From a virus, in IMG/VR virus record IMGVR_UViG_3300045988_019667: a stretch of 55,059 nucleotides of DNA; one strand, written 5' to 3'. Shown piece by piece: positions 53,001 to 55,059 of the stretch. Within the stretch, counting starts at the first letter, position 1, and each line of letters starts with the position of its first letter. A model generated the notes under the pieces. That model saw only the letters and a list, made by a program, of their open reading frames with translations, did no database searches and was not told the DNA's origin. The translations under genes were made by a program, and so were the position numbers.

Positions 53001-53909
53001 AAAGCTACACTGTCCAGCACTTGGAGCAATATTAAGTCTACCGCGTCGTCCACTTGGAACAGCATGAAGACTACGGCTTCCAGCGCGTGGAACAGTATGA
53101 AATCTACTGCATCGTCCACATGGAGCAATATCAAATCCTCCCTGTCCAGCACTTGGAGCAGCATCAAATCTACCGCATCCAGCACATGGAGCGGCATCAA
53201 AAATGCGATTCAGAATCAGGGCTGGTCCGGCGTCGGCAGCAATATCTGTAACGGTATTGCCAACGGTATCAGCTCCGGTTGGAGCTGGCTGAAGAACAAG
53301 GTTTCCAGCCTCGCAAGCAGCCTTCTCAGCGCTGCAAAATCCGCGCTGGGTATTCACTCCCCATCGCGGCTGTTCCGTGACGAAATCGGCCTGAATATCG
53401 GCTACGGCGTCGGTGAAGGTGTGGAGGCTTCGCAGCCGTCCATCCTGAAATCCGTGTCCGGCGTCGCTGACGCAATCGCGGATGAATTCAACGCCGGTGA
53501 TTATAAGGTCGGAAACATCGTCCCCACGTCTGAGGTGGACGGTGCGCTGTCCTCGTTCTCGGACAAGATCAGCGGCAGCTTCACAAGCCTGCTTGACCGG
53601 CTTCAGGCCATTGCGGATAACATCACGTTCGCCGTTCCCGCTGTGGCTGGCGGTGTCGTGCCCTACAAGGCCGCAGCAGCCGCAGCAAGCGGCGGCGGTG
53701 CTGACATCGGCACGACCATTGAAACGTCAAATGACGCGCTCGCAAGCGTTGTTACGCAGGTCGTGACCAATGCGACCGCAGCCATTGTGACGGCCATCCA
53801 GAACTACAGCGGTACGACGGTCAACTTCGACAAGACCGCAATCGCGGAAAGCACGATCCGAGAGATCAACCGCAGAACGCGGGCAACCGGAAAATCCCCG
53901 CTCGAATAA
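50019..53909 (+). CDS. Tape measure protein
   Basis: 1296 aa. Coiled-coil N-terminus, central hydrophobic helices, Gly8 stretch, and 16 x 11-aa Trp repeats. Confidence 0.9.
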   Translation: MADQADGSIIIDTEINSDGFKAGSAELLAAIKALSTEVKNLGQTLKELFSKPLTPEINTGGAEDKVAALEAKVQELQTSLEELQNTNGSGTPAPETATPQVNIGGVTEKASGLQREIDAVNSSVQKLEPTFQKAMSGSESAMTSFEGKASTLESKIAELQERLDAVGQTQFPTQEYQSLVDALEKASYKADALRERMKTLDARGVSHNSQQWKNLQIDIDRAAQKCDTYAEAVRRMEADGSAFRMGADTAQYDQMQAVLASASESLSEMQSKTQKSESLMRRFASAAKSAAKTIAGSLVSGIRAAASGMAKMLFHSKKMNSQFGGLISGAKKFALSLLGARGVWALLRKAVSAYMAENQQLSNTLSACWSGIGNLLGPIITRIINLVAQAVAYVTAFLKLFGIYGKTASKEISSAGGAASKATDKLKRQLAAFDELNILSDNSSDGGGGGGGAGDLGSLPDVTLPDWAKLMVEQIKAGDWAAAANTLAAKLNEMVDTVDWAGVGDKIGYYLNGALTFLATFIQNFDWKNLASRFAELLNHIITGVDWGNLGVILTGKWAIILKSLDGFFGTLDGAAVSKAITDFMYGTVNAADWIGIAGSLAKNISNFISDIDFSALAEALSTQIRTALQSMVAAVENFDWAMLGRKIADFLNGIDWSGIFSDLTRLLGGLLIGALNLLVGFVDQVDWTGLADEIWACLESLTTDIDWDGFGELLGKFVSGAITGVLDLITSLFSDHDWGEMVQNLIGSLGEALGAVIENIDWLGLLESLATALVSIIVQIPSIIVGAIGGISDLLASLFEAIGLDSIAGFFRGIGDAMRDAGSWLKENLVDPVVNWVKNLFGIHSPSTVFAEIGTFLIDGLKQGISNAWHKITDFFSGVIEKLKTFFSNAWSSIKSTATTAWVGIKGVISSAWNGIKSGVSSACNTVKTGISNAWSAIKSGTTSAWNGIKSGLSSAWTSIKTTASSTWTNLKTTVSNGWNNIKANTSTVWNGVKATLSSTWSNIKSTASSTWNSMKTTASSAWNSMKSTASSTWSNIKSSLSSTWSSIKSTASSTWSGIKNAIQNQGWSGVGSNICNGIANGISSGWSWLKNKVSSLASSLLSAAKSALGIHSPSRLFRDEIGLNIGYGVGEGVEASQPSILKSVSGVADAIADEFNAGDYKVGNIVPTSEVDGALSSFSDKISGSFTSLLDRLQAIADNITFAVPAVAGGVVPYKAAAAAASGGGADIGTTIETSNDALASVVTQVVTNATAAIVTAIQNYSGTTVNFDKTAIAESTIREINRRTRATGKSPLE
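52686..53213 (+). repeat. 16 tandem 33-nt (11-aa) repeats inside the tape measure gene
   Basis: Units NAWSSIKSTAT, TAWVGIKGVIS, SAWNGIKSGVS ... STWSGIKNAIQ, with Trp and Lys at a fixed 11-residue period. Confidence 0.9.
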
Positions 53910-53913
53910 GGAG

Positions 53914-54300
53914 GTGCGCGCCATAAAACCAATCCTGAAAATCGGAAATCACGACTATACCGCGTGGCTGGCCGAAGACGGCCTTGCCCCGGTTAGAAAT
54001 GACATCGACGCGGACGGCAGCGGGCGCAACCTCCTTGACGGGCTGATGTACCGCGCAAGGATCGCGCAGAAGGATAAATGGACGGTCAAGTTCAACCGTA
54101 TGCCTGAGTTGATTATGCGGTCGCTCGCGGCAGACGTTGACGGCGAATACACCGACATTACCTTCCTCGACCCCAAAACCAACCGTATTATGACAAAGAC
54201 CTATTACACGTCCACGCTCACCTACGGTACGCAGCGCTACGACAAGGGCGACAACCGTACCTACTACGAAGGCTGTACCTTCAACATGACGGAGAGGTGA
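53914..54300 (+). CDS. Distal-tail-protein-like small tail protein (by position)
   Basis: 128 aa between the tape measure and Tal-like genes. The GTG start is very close to the AGGAGG, so the start is uncertain. Confidence 0.45.
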   Translation: MRAIKPILKIGNHDYTAWLAEDGLAPVRNDIDADGSGRNLLDGLMYRARIAQKDKWTVKFNRMPELIMRSLAADVDGEYTDITFLDPKTNRIMTKTYYTSTLTYGTQRYDKGDNRTYYEGCTFNMTER

Positions 54301-54304
54301 GCCT

Positions 54305-55059
54305 ATGCGTATTTGTACTGAGCGCTGGACGAAGCTCGCGGCGCGCGGGCGGTTTCGGTTTGATGCAAAGGCACGGATCAATAACAAGGATTACACTGTT
54401 ATTTCCGCGCCGCGCATCGACCGTTCTCTTATGCCGTCCCCGCTGTCCGTGGGCAACTGCATATCGGCTACACTGAATCTGTCGATCCTAACGGACGACA
54501 CCATCACCGCAAAAAGCCCCGTCGTCATCATGGGCCGTCTGACGAATGACAAAACTGCCACCGAGTGGAAGGAGTTCGGCACATTCTACATTGACCAGCG
54601 TGACACCAGCTTTGCGGGACTTGTGACCATCGACTGCTACGACGCCATGCTCAAGACCAACCAGAACTATCTGGACGGCAGCGACACCGCCGCCAACTGG
54701 CCGAAAAGCATGAAGTCTGTCGTGGAGGAGATCGCATACCGAATCGGCGTCGGAATTGACCTGCGAACGCGGATCAAGACCGGCGCTGATTACGTTGTAC
54801 CGTACCCCAGCGGAAAAACCATGTCGCAGGTGCTGGGGTATATCGGGGCCTGCCACGGCGGGAACTGGATCATCACAGAAGAAAACCTGCTGCGGCTGGT
54901 TCCGCTCACAACCGCCCCCGACGAGACGTTCCACGTCATCGACGAGGACTACAACAAGATCACGCTTGCCAACGGCGCGGGCAATCAGCCAGTGCGTCTG
55001 GCCTACAAGGAGCAGACCATCTTCAACGCCGTGCTCCCTGTCCCGTCCGGTGTGTTGCC
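54305..55059 (+). CDS. Tail-tip/baseplate-hub protein (Tal-like), 5' part of a wrap-around gene that continues at 1..1258
   Basis: RBS GAGAGGTGA precedes ATG 54305. The frame stays open to the window end (MRICTERWTKLAARGRFRFDAKARINNKDYTV...). It follows the tape measure and a Dit-like gene. Not in the ORF track because there is no stop before the window end. Confidence 0.75.
   Translation, partial: MRICTERWTKLAARGRFRFDAKARINNKDYTVISAPRIDRSLMPSPLSVGNCISATLNLSILTDDTITAKSPVVIMGRLTNDKTATEWKEFGTFYIDQRDTSFAGLVTIDCYDAMLKTNQNYLDGSDTAANWPKSMKSVVEEIAYRIGVGIDLRTRIKTGADYVVPYPSGKTMSQVLGYIGACHGGNWIITEENLLRLVPLTTAPDETFHVIDEDYNKITLANGAGNQPVRLAYKEQTIFNAVLPVPSGVL
54919..55059. repeat. Terminal overlap, identical to 1..141
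   Basis: Same 141-nt string as the window start. Confidence 0.95.

Larger units (their letters stand above)
1..55059. mobile_element. Complete, circularly closed temperate siphovirus-like phage genome (unit length 54,918 bp)
   Basis: Full set of lysogeny, replication, packaging, head, tail and lysis modules. The window ends overlap by an identical 141 bp, and one ORF reads in frame across the junction. Confidence 0.85.

Noticed and set aside
1-55059. tRNA, rRNA or tmRNA genes in the intergenic gaps (6892..7073, 11790..12222, 20340..20593, 35240..35520, 37693..37877, 44492..44686)
   Set aside because: I could not recognise any cloverleaf with a GTTCRANYC-type T-loop by eye. A tRNAscan-type search would be needed to be certain.

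Overview
The window is one complete, circularly closed phage genome of 54,918 bp. Its last 141 bp (54919..55059) repeat the first 141 bp. By gene content it looks like a high-GC temperate siphovirus of a Firmicutes/Clostridia-type host; the host assignment is inference only. Almost all genes are on the + strand. Only a lysogeny trio is on the - strand: large serine recombinase, a low-GC 277-aa unknown, and an XRE/CI-like repressor.

Module order:
- Tail tip and a giant tail fibre (1..6891).
- A DGR cassette (avd, TR, RT; 7074..9035).
- Fibre accessory genes and lysis (9007..11789).
- A non-coding block rich in GTAAC motifs.
- An operator-controlled operon of 17 small accessory genes (12223..17452).
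- The lysogeny switch (17473..20806).
- Replication, recombination and nucleotide metabolism (20824..37198): DUF2800 nuclease, DUF2815 SSB-like, family-A polymerase, ThyX, methyltransferase, MazG-like, VirE primase, VRR-NUC, SNF2.
- A late activator (37195..37692).
- An effector-like trio plus a JAB-domain protein (37878..40179).
- Packaging, head and tail genes (40216..55059, wrapping to 1258).

The main result is a complete diversity-generating retroelement with two targets. VR1 lies at the C-terminus of the 1871-aa tail fibre. VR2 lies about 19.9 kb away in a 207-aa stand-alone lectin-like protein immediately downstream of the DNA polymerase. All 11 and 15 differences from the template fall on template adenines.

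Other points of interest:
- Two dispersed GTAAC/GTTAC motif arrays that share a 140-bp core; one abuts the primase.
- Duplicated consensus promoter plus operator modules.
- G8, C7 and G9 homopolymer tracts at three control points: the DGR promoter, a methyltransferase ORF and the primase leader.
- Candidate anti-restriction genes.
- Papain-fold toxin-like and RadC/JAB-like proteins ahead of the terminase.

No tRNA, rRNA or CRISPR array was recognised.
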